Assembly: GCF_036321535.1 (NCBI RefSeq)
Contig: NC_087437.1
Span: 106,518,001 to 106,582,000, forward strand
Reading direction: 5' to 3'
Source: Camelus dromedarius
Lineage: Eukaryota
DNA: 64,000 nucleotides
The position numbers and the translations under genes are program-made. This document shows, piece by piece, positions 14,086-26,585 of this stretch. Under the pieces are notes generated by a model that worked only from the letters and a program-made list of their open reading frames with translations, ran no database searches and had not been told where the DNA came from. The first letter of the stretch is position 1. Every line of letters begins with the position of its first letter.

Positions 14086-14989
14086 ACAATTAGGCAAGAT
14101 GCTCCTAATCTTTCCTCATGCACGTGCAGACGAGGAGATCATGTGCTTATTAACTTTTTACTACAGTGCTACAGACACGCGCATCAGAATGAGAATTGGA
14201 GACAAGTGTTACTCAATTTTTAATGTTATCATTTCAGACTCCTCCTCTACATTTTTTCTTGAATTTGCTCATGACACACTGATATTCTGTAATTTTCACA
14301 AGTTAACAAATAGGCTGGGAAAGTTTTCTGGGAGGCATTTGTGTTCGAGAGATGGGAAGGATTCTTAGAGAAGAGACCAAAATACTTCTTAACAAACTTT
14401 TCAGGTGATAGAACTGTTATGGTTTTTGCTCCAGAGAGTAGGTAGTTAGTTACCGGGTTCTCAAGGAGGACACTAAGGTACCTGAGCTTATTGTTGCTTC
14501 AAAAAGTGACTGTTGCCATCAATCCAACATTTCACAGTAACTCTCAGCAGTGAGAACTGACAGATGGCACTCTTTGAGATCAGAACCATTTGCCAGATGG
14601 CAGAAACTACATGGATCAAGATAAGAAAAGGTAAAAGAAGTGAAAAGAACAAGTTTCCCCTAAACCCTCTGTCTGATTTTTTTCAAGTGAATGGGGCCCA
14701 GTCTCACATATATTCACAAATGGCAGATTGAGTACAAGACAGAAAGAGTTTGACCCAGACTCGGACTAACACTGCTCTCAAAATGATGAAAAAAGTGCAA
14801 AAAACACATGATGAAAAGATAGGAACAAAAGAAGCATTTGTTAGCAAGATTGCCGCTTTTCCAAAGCCTCCCAATGGTGCGAAGTGACCATTCTGAGGCT
14901 GCCAGGCAAGTGCACAACTGAACAACTGTGTGAACAGAAGGTGGATGGTGGCACCAGGTTTCTCACTGATAGACTGAGAATTTACACAT

Positions 14990-16140
14990 AAGCAAGGGGC
15001 GGAGGTAGAATGATCCAGATGGTAACAGATGAGGGTTGGAGACATTGGGATGAACTTGTATTTAGCTTAATGTAGATACAGATGATTAGCTATAGAAATA
15101 TTTATAGATACAAACAATACAGTGGGCACTGCGCACAAATACTGTGCCTCACTGTGCTGGCTCTGCTTTTTTTCTGCCTAAAAGCAAAGGCATTCCAGTA
15201 GCAATGAGCACACCTGGTGCCCAGATTGCAGTTTTTAATATTATTCTCCAATAAAAGGAACCAGAGCTCCTTCGAGAAATAGTGAACTCCAGAACTGGGG
15301 CAGAAAATATATGAGATGAGTCTGGAGCATCTTGTGGAGAAAAAAATAAAGGAGAGGGGGTTTCAAATAAGCACAGAAGCCAATGGAAAGAGCTCCCCAT
15401 GGCCAAAACTGGAACAACTTGAGCAATAATATATACAAATAATTAACAAAGTAGTATTAGATTAAAACACAAAATATAAAATAAATATCTATGAATCAAA
15501 ATGACTGAATACATAAGTAAATGGGCAGAAAGAGGCAAACCTGGGCAGAATTCCAGATAATCTCTGTAGATGCTCTGCCCTTGAGGAGAAATGCAGGCTA
15601 CACATAGTGACTCGCTTTCAAAGAGATCAGCACCACCCCAGCCAGTGATCAAAGTCACCAACAACAGTGACATGTCACAATGATGCGACGTGCCCTTGAG
15701 GTGACGGGCTGTAAAGGGCACTTTACCTCTGTGCTCTTCCTTCAGAAAACACCGAACCCCAGGCTGTGCATGAGAAAATTCCAACAGAGGGGTATCCAAC
15801 AAAATGCTTGACCAGTGCTCCCCCAAACTGACAAGGTCATCAAAAAGGAAAGTGTGAGAAACTGTCATGGCCGAGAGGAGGCTGAGGAGACCTGACAGGT
15901 AAATGCCACGTGGTGTTCCGGAGGGGCTCTTGGAACAGAGAAAGGACCGTGGGTCAAAACTAAGGACACAAATAAAGTATGAATAAAGTACAGGCTTTAT
16001 TAATAATAATGCATCAAGATCGGTTTATTAATTGTAACAAATGTACCACATTAACATAAGATGTTGATATTACGGGAAACTGAGTGAGGGGTTATATGGG
16101 AACGCTCTGGGCTATCCTCTCAATTTTCTTGTAAATCTCA
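14990..16140 (+). mobile_element. Ancient L1 3' UTR (L1MC3/L1MC4-like)
   Basis: tttagcttaatgtagatacagatg..., ggaaccagagctccttcgagaaatag..., ttgtaacaaatgtaccaca...gggaaactgagtgaggggttatatggg. Confidence 0.75.
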
Positions 16141-16831
16141 AACTTAAGGTACTGTCTGCGAGTACATTTTAATAGGAACACACCTTTCTGCTTCCACATT
16201 AACATTCTGGCATTCAAACACTCTCCATCAAATTACTGTCAACTGAAAAGAACCAGCATTAAAAAGATCTTCACGAACGTGGGCTTGTCTATGGCACGTA
16301 AAATACACCCTATTTTAGACAAAGCTTGGTTTTAGATTTTCTTATCAAATCTTCTCCTTGTCAATAATTTGTGTAATGTGTGGCATACAAATTCTTTTAA
16401 AACCTTACAGAATTTCAGAATAATCCCACATACGTCAACACTAAACGAAATTCTTTGCTTTCCAACGTTAACCTTGTCTTAGAAATGTAACAGTCACTGA
16501 TCACAGAATTCAATTCCTCTTTACAGATTAGGCCTGATTTCTGCCTAGCTAATAACGGAAGCGGGTTGGACTTTCCTGACTCTGCTGTAACGCTCACTAG
16601 TTCAGCAAAGTGTTACAACAGTCCACATATTCTGAATCATGCCTTCCTCACCAACCAACCCAAGATTAGTTAAGTTTTACATGCTTTTTCTGTTGCCTCT
16701 TTTTTTATTGTGTTATTACTCATATTGATTGCATTAATAATGGACCTTTTTAATTACTTCTATTTGTAATTATTTCAACATCAGTTAAAAGATGGAATTA
16801 GGAAAATAAAAGCTATTAAATCTTTCTAGGT

Positions 16832-17176
16832 CAGGAGGTTCTCAAACGCTAACGTGTGCTTCGGAGTCACCAGGGATGCTTGATCAGACTGCAGATCCAT
16901 CCCCTTCTGGCCCCAAGACCTGGACCTGACCTATGTGTGCTGGGATGGGCATGAAAACACACCTCCCCAGAGGGACTCGGATTCAGGTGGTTCACGGACC
17001 ACACTTTCAGAAATGACGCTTGGGGCAGGGCTCCTCAAGCTTTAACATGCATCTGAATCACCTGGGGATCTTGTTAAAATGCAGTTTCTGATTGGACGAG
17101 TCTAGGGTGGGACTGATGCTGCTTTTCTAACAAGCTCCCAAGTGATTGGATTCAGCTGTTCCTTCAGGTAGCAAGG
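16832..17176. mobile_element. Two adjacent MER5-family hAT elements (about 16832-17020 and 17026-17176)
   Basis: ggttctcaaac...ggaccacactttcagaaa; gcatctgaatcacctggggatcttgttaaaatgcag...ttttctaacaagctcccc. Confidence 0.75.
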
Positions 17177-17269
17177 GTCTACTTAAGATAATCCATTATT
17201 ACTAGTCTTATTAAGGTTTTTTTTAAGTTACAGGTTATTGCATTATGAAACACTTTTTAGGATGGTTTG

Positions 17270-17530
17270 TCTTTTTCTTTTTAATTGTGGTAAAATACAT
17301 ACAACATAAAATTTACCATCTGAATCATTTTGAAGTGTACAGTTCAGAAACGTTAAGTGTGTTCACACTGTGCTGAAATCCATCCCTAGAACTCTTCTCA
17401 TCTTGCAAAACTGGAACTCCGTCGCCCTGGCACCACCATTCTACTTCCTGTCTTCATGAACTTGACCATTCTAGGTACCTCCTGGGAGTGAAATCATATA
17501 CTACACTTGTCTTTTTGTGAATGGCTTGGT
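17270..17530 (-). mobile_element. L1MA/MB-type 3' fragment
   Basis: ttttaattgtggtaaaatacatacaacataaaatttaccat...aagtgtacagttcag. Confidence 0.8.
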
Positions 17531-17973
17531 TTGTCCCTTTTTTTTTTTTTTTGAAAAAATAATCAAACCTTTCATGCCTTCCTTCCATAAGCCTGTGATG
17601 GTGGCACTGCCACCTTTTCACACATCCCTAAAAGTCAAGTTGCTTCTATTTTGTCTTTGCTTCTTTAATCACAGAAGGTATCACAAAATAAGATAGAATT
17701 CTAGATTTGGGGCCAGAAGGGGAGAAGACAACACAATGACTCAAGAAATGGAGTTATTTCCACACACGAAAAGGTGAGGCGAGGAATGCCTCCCAGCCAA
17801 AGAGGTTCAAATAGGATGAGAGACAAGTATAAAAATGAAAACCTAACACAATTTGGTTGAGCTTGAAGAAATGATCTCTACTCCCACTGAGTAATTCTGA
17901 ACACCCCTATGTACCCAGTTCCACTAAGGTTACAAAAGAACTGAGACACAGTCCTGCAGCCAAGGGCCTAGAG

Positions 17974-18278
17974 CAGCCCCTTCCAACAGAAATATAACAC
18001 GATCCACATCTGTAGTTTTAAATTTCTAGCAGCCACTTTAAAAAGAAATGGGTAAATTTTATATCATACTTTTTTTAACCCACTGTATCCTAATTTTAGC
18101 ATTTCAATGTGCAATTCACGTAAAGAGTTATCACTAAGACAGTCTACATTCCTTTCCCCTACAGACTAACTCTCCAATATCTGATGTGTGTATTCCACTT
18201 ACAGCACACACCACTTTGGAATGTTCCAAGTGCTCATTAGCCACACAAGGGCTAGTGGTCACCATTGGGCAATACCAG
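17974..18278. mobile_element. MER33/MER3-like hAT element
   Basis: tccaacagaaatataa...ctagcagccactttaaaaag...caagtgctcattagccacac...gctagtgg. A related short fragment lies at about 52-100. Confidence 0.75.
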
Positions 18279-19633
18279 CTTAGCATCAAATTTTAAAGAT
18301 CAGTACTATTGTTCAAGGAGTAATAAGTTGAATGTAGACAGGCTGAGGTGATGGGGGAAACTGAATCCAAAGATACATGTCTAAACAGAGAAATAAACCT
18401 AAGACTGAAGACACTAAGAAGATTGTATACCCAGTTCTATATGCCATCACAATACCTTACGTCTAATCACTGGGAGGGCTATTCAATTTGTTACGACCGT
18501 TAACCCTATTACCGGCAAATGCCACTTCTTCCCTCATTTCTCTTTTTGTAGTTCTCACACTATAATTTGTATTTATGAGTGTGTGATTGATTCACATGCA
18601 GAAATCTAAGTCAGGTTTCCTTCAGACCTACTTATCTTTAGCCTAGTTCTGTCTTCTGTACACTGGGAGATGAGGTGAAGAGCCGATATCACAGAGATAA
18701 CCCACTAAATTCTCTTTTTCGTCTCTTGGAAATGCAAACATCCTCACTGGCTGCTTTCTCCTGATACTTTCTTTTCTTTCTGACTTATTAAAAAATTCAA
18801 AGCCTGATGGGTTTTAAAGATGCAATTAATTAGGGTTAAGTGTGGGGCTTTCAAAAAGCCACATAATTGCGAACAAAATACCAATCAGGCTGATGTATGA
18901 GGAGGCAAGAGAACCACCAGTTATTACCAAAGCCTTAAATTATACAGAGAGGTAAAAATATACAGTGTTTTTTTTCCACATACCATACTCAGAAACCCAT
19001 GCGTGAGGTAGGCTACCATCAAAACAGGGAAAGGCATTTCCACAGATAAACTTCTCAACAGAGTCGTGGACCATCACTTTCAAGCCCCCGACTTGCTCTT
19101 TCCAACCCATCACCATCCAGCCTTGCTTCAACAGCCTTCTGCAATGCTTCTTTCAAGATCAGTAGCAACAAATGCTCTTCTCAGCCCTCAAGTCAGTTGT
19201 CCACTCTCTCTACCGTATCACTTTCTTTCTTAAGTTCAGTCTTTCCTAGGAACACTTGGTCTCCCATCCTCTATCTTAAGCTAATCTTTCTTTCCCTCTC
19301 GCCGACTCACCTTTTAACAATCCTGATTATGAAGTAAGACTCTGTCCTCTACCCTCTGCTCTTCCTCCCTCACTCCGATGTATCATTCATGCCAAAGGCG
19401 TCCACAGTCTCCTCTCCTCTCCCCTCAGTGTGGACCTTTCAGCCTACATTTCCATTCCCTTGCTGGACACCCACAGAGAGGGCATCACTTTTAGCAAATG
19501 TACTACATTAGAATCAAGTACCCACTGACCCTCCACTCCTGGAACTGTACCCAAAGAACAAGAAGCAATTCCTCATTGGGTCCAAATCTATCTTACGTGG
19601 AAGCAAGAGAAGGGAATAGAATCAACATTGAAC

Positions 19634-20857
19634 TTTTTTTTTTCCATATACAATTTACTGCTGTTTTACAACTTATAATTCCAAAGGCTTTACAATATCA
19701 CATTTTTTAACTTGTTTGTTGGTATAACTTTAGTGGTTCCAATCAAGGAAGGTCACATGTTCTAATCCATTCTGCCAACGCAATATGTAGGTAGTTCTTC
19801 TTGTAGCCGGAACTCGGCAATTTGTTTCCTCTAGGTCTGCTGGGTATTTCCTAAACTTTATATCCTCTTTCTTGAATCTGTTACTTTGTAAGGTGGCTTG
19901 GGTTTTGATCTCTCACAGTTACATCCCAGTGATTTATGAGAGGCACTCTTGGACTCCAATCCCTCTTGCTTGGCCGTGGTATGTTCCCCTTCAGACCCCA
20001 CAGTGACTTGACAGTCATCCTGTCCCCTCACCTTGTAAACCACAGGGGTGCCCTGGTGCTCACCATGCTTTCACTTGTACTTATTTCTGGCAGCCAGACA
20101 ATAAGCTGGAGAGGGAGAGAGTGCTCAGGTGGCAGCCTGATTATCCTGCCCATCTTGAGATAAAACCTTCCTTTGGAAGATGTCAGACTTCTTTGGAAGA
20201 CGACATCTTCTTTGGAAGATGTCAGACTTCTGTGGGCTAACTTCTTCAAGGAGACACTTCGTCATCTCACACATTCCATCAACCTTCCCTTCCAACTCAG
20301 AGTCCTCTGAATCCTCAGGAAGCACCATGCTCAAGGCCATGTTCTTCCTCAACTAATAGACTGTCCTAACATTTGAGACGTTGCTCAGGTCTTCTAGCTT
20401 CCTGCCTTTTACAGTCTTTAAATTAATCTTTGCAGTTTTAAAGTTCTCGTTATATATCTCCTCAGTCTCATTACTTATGATCATTTTTTTTTTTTTTTTT
20501 TTTTTTGGTTTTTCTCATGATTCGCTGGTTTTGCAGTCTGGGGATGACTCTCCCTCTATGGAGGGCATTTGCTCAGGAGGTGTATTGTTCGGACCACACC
20601 AGCTCCTAACACACTGGATGGCCTCATCCACTTTGTTGACCTGGACCAGCCGAGGAGGGGGGGGCGCACCCCCTGGGGTAGCTATTATGCTTGCTCTATC
20701 TCTTTGTCTTCATCTGGGTTCCTACCCCCACTGACATCTGCTCCTCTCCCTTTCCCCTGCTTTCTGGGGAAGGCTCGGGGGATGTCTCAGACTGTGCATC
20801 ACACCACCACAGCACTCAGCATTTTGAGGAAGTCGAAAATGGTGGTGCCTGCGGAAC
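19634..20857 (-). pseudogene. Probable processed pseudogene (retrocopy); parent uncertain, weak resemblance to ZFP91
   Basis: The minus strand reads like an mRNA. It has a GC-rich 5' end with ACCACCATTTT, a ~200-codon frame (20484-19858) broken by three internal stops, an AT-rich 3' part, AGTAAA and an A10 tail (T run 19634-19643). No convincing target-site duplication. Confidence 0.65.
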
Positions 20858-21865
20858 AAACTTACTTGGTTGCTAAACTCAGGTCTCCGTTCCCACTATA
20901 CTATGCTTCTATTTTGCTCATAAATATTTATCACTGATTCGTGTCCCTATCCCCATGGGCTCTTCCTCTACTCCACTCAAACTATCCATATTCCTGAGGG
21001 TGGATCTCAGATTATGTCCCATGTAGAAGTGTTCCAAAATTCTGAACTCCAGTGAACCATTTCCTGAGTTAAAAAAAAAGAATTATCCATCTAGGTCTCC
21101 CCTCTGCTTTTCATCTACTACAGCTACTCATCATGACCCCATGTCCCTGGTCTCTGCATCACTCATTAAGGTTAGCAGAGGAGTTTCAATGCCTCCATTC
21201 CACTTCCTGGCACGTCTGGCCGAGGACCATCAACACGTACACTCACCATCTTTGCTTATAACCAGCTTCTACTATGTGTTCCTGATGCCCAGACTCGGTT
21301 GTTCCACCTCTGTTCCACCTCTCTCCTAAATGGGAGACCCCTGACACCAACTGCCACATCGTGCATCTTAAGAGCTTATTAAATGTCCCTCCTGGATTCT
21401 CTTGTGGATAGCCCAGACGTGAGATGTCTAGCTTTAAGAGACAAGGGAGTTGTCTCCTAACAATCAGAGGAATAAATATTGCTCTGTTTTTCAGGGATTT
21501 TCTAATTCAAAACTTCCTAGAAAAAAAAATTGTATCCTAAAAGATGCAAAACTATTTACGGCAAAAGGAAGTAGATAAAGAGGGAATGACGCAGAACAAA
21601 AGATATCACAGCATTTAACAAAAGAGCTAGCCAGGAAATACCTAGGAAATGGGATTTGGAATCAGCACAACCTTTTACTGGCATTAGGACACTGCTCTAA
21701 ATTCCCAAGGCTTTGTTGAAACATAGAAAAAAGAATTAGAGTTCTGCCACTGTACCCGAAACACTATCAGGGAAAGAGGGACACATTATCTAACAGAATA
21801 AAAAATACGAGTAGATAAGATTCATCAAACTCTTCGGAAAAAAGTTTTAGAAATTACCCAGGTCC

Positions 21866-22254
21866 TGTCGAACTATGTGAACTAAGGCATAGAAAGACAA
21901 GTATCATATAATATGCCTTATATGTGCAATCTTAAAAAAAATGATACAAATGAACTAACTTACAAACTGGAAATAGATTCACAGACACAGAAAACAAACT
22001 ATGGTTACCAAAGGGGAAAGGGGGGATGGATAAATTAGGAGTTTAGAATTAGCATACACAAACTGCTATATATACACAGAATAGATAAACACCAAGGTCC
22101 TACTCTACTGCACAGGGAACTATACTCAATCACTTGTAATAATCCAAAATGAAAAAGTATATATATATATATATGTGTGTAACTGAACCACTATGCTGCA
22201 TCAAAAACTAACACAACATTGTAAATCAACTATATTTCAACTGAAAAAAAAAAA
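21866..22254 (+). mobile_element. 5'-truncated lineage-specific L1 (artiodactyl/camelid 3' UTR)
   Basis: gaaaacaaactatggttaccaaaggggaaag...cacagggaactatactc...gtaaatcaactatatttcaa plus poly-A. TSD agaaattacccag(g/t)tcc at 21849-21865 and 22255-22271. Confidence 0.9.
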
Positions 22255-25200
22255 AGAAATTACCCAGTTCCACTTTGAGTCATGTTTCAAAAATCACATG
22301 GTCTTTTCAGTGGGGATGATCTGGCTAAATTAGACTTTCTCCCTCTGTTACCACTCCACTGTGGACTTAGAAACTGCCAGTTGGATTTGTAAATAAGGCT
22401 TAGCTTCATTACTGTAAATTGATTTGCCAGGGCTTACTGCTCCTGAGAGAAATCAGATAATTGAATTTCTAGACTTCTAAGGAAGAGGGTTTGAGGCTGG
22501 AAATTACTACATTAAAGCTTATATATGTACCAAAAGGTGTATCACAAACTACTTAGCAGAGGATTCTCTCCGGAAAATTCTAATCCTACTTCTCTAACCC
22601 AGTGCCTTATGATGGCTTCTAGGTTTAGACCAACTGAGTTAACCGTCTACACCTCTGGACACTCACAAGAAAAGCACAGAAATGACTGCAAATCTCTGTG
22701 GTAACAGAATACAAAGCTCACATTTTAACAAATAAATAATGGACAGGATAGTAACAGGAATAGTGGAATCTGTTTAAAGACACTCAAAAAACCCTAGAAA
22801 AATCTAAGATAAGTTAAGATATATGCACAATTTGAATCTATTGATCAGAGCCTTCCTCAATAACACAAGTATTAAAAGCTATTTCCGTATTGACAAAATC
22901 CCATGTCGTATAACAGAATGCGAACAAGGTTATTCTCGAACCTAGCAATTTTCTTTTATCACTGCAACTTCAATCATGGATGTAAATGAAAATTTCTGCT
23001 CACTTTGCTACTTTTCTGCTTGACTGAATTTTGTAATGAAAACGTCTGTTCCTTTCCAAGAGAGTACAGGCATCATTCAAATTTTACACACCAGGCAGAG
23101 AGTGAATGCACTTGTTTAGATGCAAAATCATTTAAATATGCATCAATACAAGTTACAGCCCACTTACAGATGCTGCACTTTAAAATTCTCTTAGGCAGTA
23201 AAGCAAAGGCATCAAATGAAGGTGCAGCCAGGCTTCAAACGTCTTCAGACTAGTTTTTTTCCGTCTAAACAGGGCCAGCCCTGCCCTTCTTCCTTGGCTC
23301 CGCTCGACCAGAAAGCAGTGGAATTCTACCAAAGCCCATTCCATTACCCAACGTCTTCCGGGTCAATGGTCCGAAGTCACATGACAACTCCATCCAGTCA
23401 ACGTCTCCAGGGAGCAAATATTTTGAAGAGCAAGAATTCCAGGCACGCAGAAACTCAGCCTTTAAATCAAACTACATCTTAACTAGTTTTTCAAAGGAAG
23501 GTCCTGTTGCACAGAGCAGGCACACAAAAGTGTTTGAAAAAGGCAAATCTATCATTTTAGATTTAACATTTATAAATGAAGAAATCATGGATGATTATGG
23601 CTTTCAAATACAGAGGTAGTTCTAGGGTATCCCTCATTCCAAATAATACAGGTTCTGCCTTTCACTTAAAATTATAAACATGACTAAAATGCAGATTAAA
23701 GGAAAAATTATACTTAGAGTCCCAGTTTTTTAACATAGAAATGCTGTGATTTGGGGAAAATCCTGAGGAAAGACTTTTGATTTCTGGCTAAGACTATCTG
23801 GTTATCAGAATTGTCTAAGAAAGGTGTGATTTGCTATTTTCTGGCCCAAAGCAGACTTTCTAACAATGCAATTAGACTAATAAGCCACACGATCTACATT
23901 ACGTAAGCTTAAGGTGACCCATTTAATGGTTTAATGTAGTGTCTGCTAAAGGTCACCACTATACAAGGCAGGCATGTCCGCCTTTCTCCCAGTCAAAAGA
24001 GGCGTAAGATCAGTTCCCTCTCCTGCCCTGACAGGCTTCCCACTCAGGCCTTCCATGGTAACTCGTGGTGTTTCATTTTCAATTGGTGTTCAAACTGTCC
24101 AGCTATCTCAAAGCCTTAGCTTTTAAATTTCTGTAACAGAGGAGTTGGCTATTTATATAAATCCTTAACAAATGCGTATTTCAAAGACCATCTATATAGA
24201 AGGACATCTCTTCGGGAAGACAGGACTGATGTATTGAAAAGCCAACTGCATACCAAGGAAGTACAGAAGACATCTTTGATGAGAGTTCTCACGTGCAAAG
24301 GGACATATGCCAACTGTAACAGTAAGTAATAAGTCTGGGTGTTTTCTTGCACTTCTGAGCACTCGGTAAGACCATCTTATCATTCTTAAGCCACTTAGGC
24401 AGCGGTTTCATTGGCATTCCTACATTAGGGCAGTTTTCTATGTTTTGCTGCCAGATGATCTAATTTTCGTCTTCCCAGTTATAAACCTCAGTACAAAGGA
24501 AAGATCTCCTCACAGTGCAACATGCTAATTCCAACACTGAGATCACATCTATATAAAGATATATTTGTTAGAAATTTATATTTGAAATATCTAAAAGTCT
24601 TTTTTGATGTCAAATTTTAAGAGAGGATTATGCCTGTGTATCTTCATTTAAAAAAAAATGTGAAAAATGAATACATGAATATCTCCTAGGGACTTAAGTT
24701 TGATTCACTGTATTCTTGCATGCTAGTTGTCATTAACCCACAGAGAAAGCAAAATAAAACAAAACAACAACAAAAGTCCTTGATGATGGTGACAGCCCAG
24801 CATGAGGTGTATTTTTGCATCCATAGCAGGATTTCTACATTAAACTCATTCAAATCCAATTAATTCCTTCACGTGAAATCATGAGTCCAAGAGATGTTAA
24901 TAAACGCTGAAAAAAATCCTATCCCAAATGGTACAATAAACCAACAGGGAAAAATGGAATAGGTGCAACTTATGCTCGCGTGTTCCGTATTTAACCTGAG
25001 AAGTCCCAATTCACCATTTCTTGGTAAGGAAAACTGGCATATATCTTCGATAAAATGGCCATGAAAGCTAAAAGCCAATAGTGTGCACTATTTGCAGTAG
25101 CCTGAGCACTCTGACCCTGCAGGGACAAGACTAATTATCAAGACTCTGTGAGTCATATCAAGTCTGATGACCAGTAAGTACTTGGAGACTGGGACTAGTC

Positions 25201-26585
25201 CCTCAGGATTCATCAGGTCAGGCCTTTGGGAAACTAATGCACTGATGAGGCTTCCGAGTATGTGTATTGTGAGGAAGCCAACGACCCAGGAGGACGCCTA
25301 TAAAACACCAGTAGTGAGAAGGCTGCACATAAATAAGCCAGGAGAAGAAGGGGGGGCAGCAGAGAGAAAAACAAAGGGCGGAGCATCCTAGTGGTGCGGG
25401 GAGAAGGCAGTGATCAACAGGGTGAGGGACCACTGAGAGGTTAAGGAGGACAAAGCAGTGTTCATTCAAGTGGCAGTGAGGGGATGGATGCCCGATGACA
25501 GCTGACGGGAGGGAGGTGGAGGCTGTCAAGATAAAACAGGACCGGCTGACGAGCATGTCAAGAAGCACAGCTGTGAATGGGAGGGCAGGGGTCGAAGTTA
25601 AAGCTACGGGGTTCAGTGATTGACATGAGGACCCAGGGGTCTCTGATCCACAGGGAAATCTGAGAAGCCTAAAAACTGCCGACATATGAAATGAAATGAA
25701 GGGTCTACTGACCAAAGGTCCTTCTGAAGTCAAAGATCAGATGCAATGAAGTTAAAGAATCTACTGAAGGAAATACGTGTGCAGGTACCCAGGACTCAGA
25801 TGAGAATTTTGACTAAAACCTTAACATGAGAACAAAAAGTAGAAAAGGAAAAATAAGGTAATACTATTTAAATGGCAAAACACAGGATAACTTCCTGGCA
25901 TACTGAACATAAGCCTACTGTATTAAATATGTTTAGAGAACACAGAATATCATAAGACTTTAACTGACAATTCATTCTAAGTTTTTGATAAACAAGAGGA
26001 AGGAGTTGCATGGCCAACTCATAGAGATCCAGCAGCCTGGAGCTGCTGAAGATAACATACAACAGAGATCTTCGGTGACAGGCGAAACTTTAAAATTTTC
26101 TTAGAAAAACAAAACAAACAAATCCACCAGGTTGTACCAGATTCCAGAGGTGTAGTTAAGACTGAAGAGGAAGGTTTAGGGGATGCCTGCTGGGTAACGT
26201 TCTTGAAAATACAGGTACCCTTAATCAATAAGTCAATAGGATGGCCCACATTTTAATGTCCTAAGAAGATTTAAACCTCTAGAAGGCGAGTAATTAACAT
26301 CCACACATCAAGAACCTACTAAGCACCACATTCACCTCATCATTTAATAAAGGCATTTACAGATGACAGGAACTAATGGTTAGGAGTTAATTAATATATT
26401 ATCCTAACAAGGTACAACATAAGAATCCAAATAAGTTTTTAGACTCTATTACCATTACAAATGATATTTAGAAATGGGTCTCTGTTAAAACAATCCTTTA
26501 CCATTAGAATTAAAAGCTAAAGATAATGAAACTGTCATAAACTAATTTCATGGTATGTTTTATTTCTGAATATAGATGCCTCTGG

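Noticed and set aside
13554..14123. 189-aa ORF
   Set aside because: It lies in a decayed L2 element, so it is not a host gene.
20171..20229. CRISPR-like repeated units
   Set aside because: Eukaryotic intron, only three abutting units and no unique spacers; it is a local duplication.
24868..24877. TTCACGTGAA palindrome (E-box)
   Set aside because: An isolated short motif is expected by chance in 64 kb.
25218..25733. 171-aa ORF
   Set aside because: It overlaps degraded L2-like sequence, with no splice or homology support.
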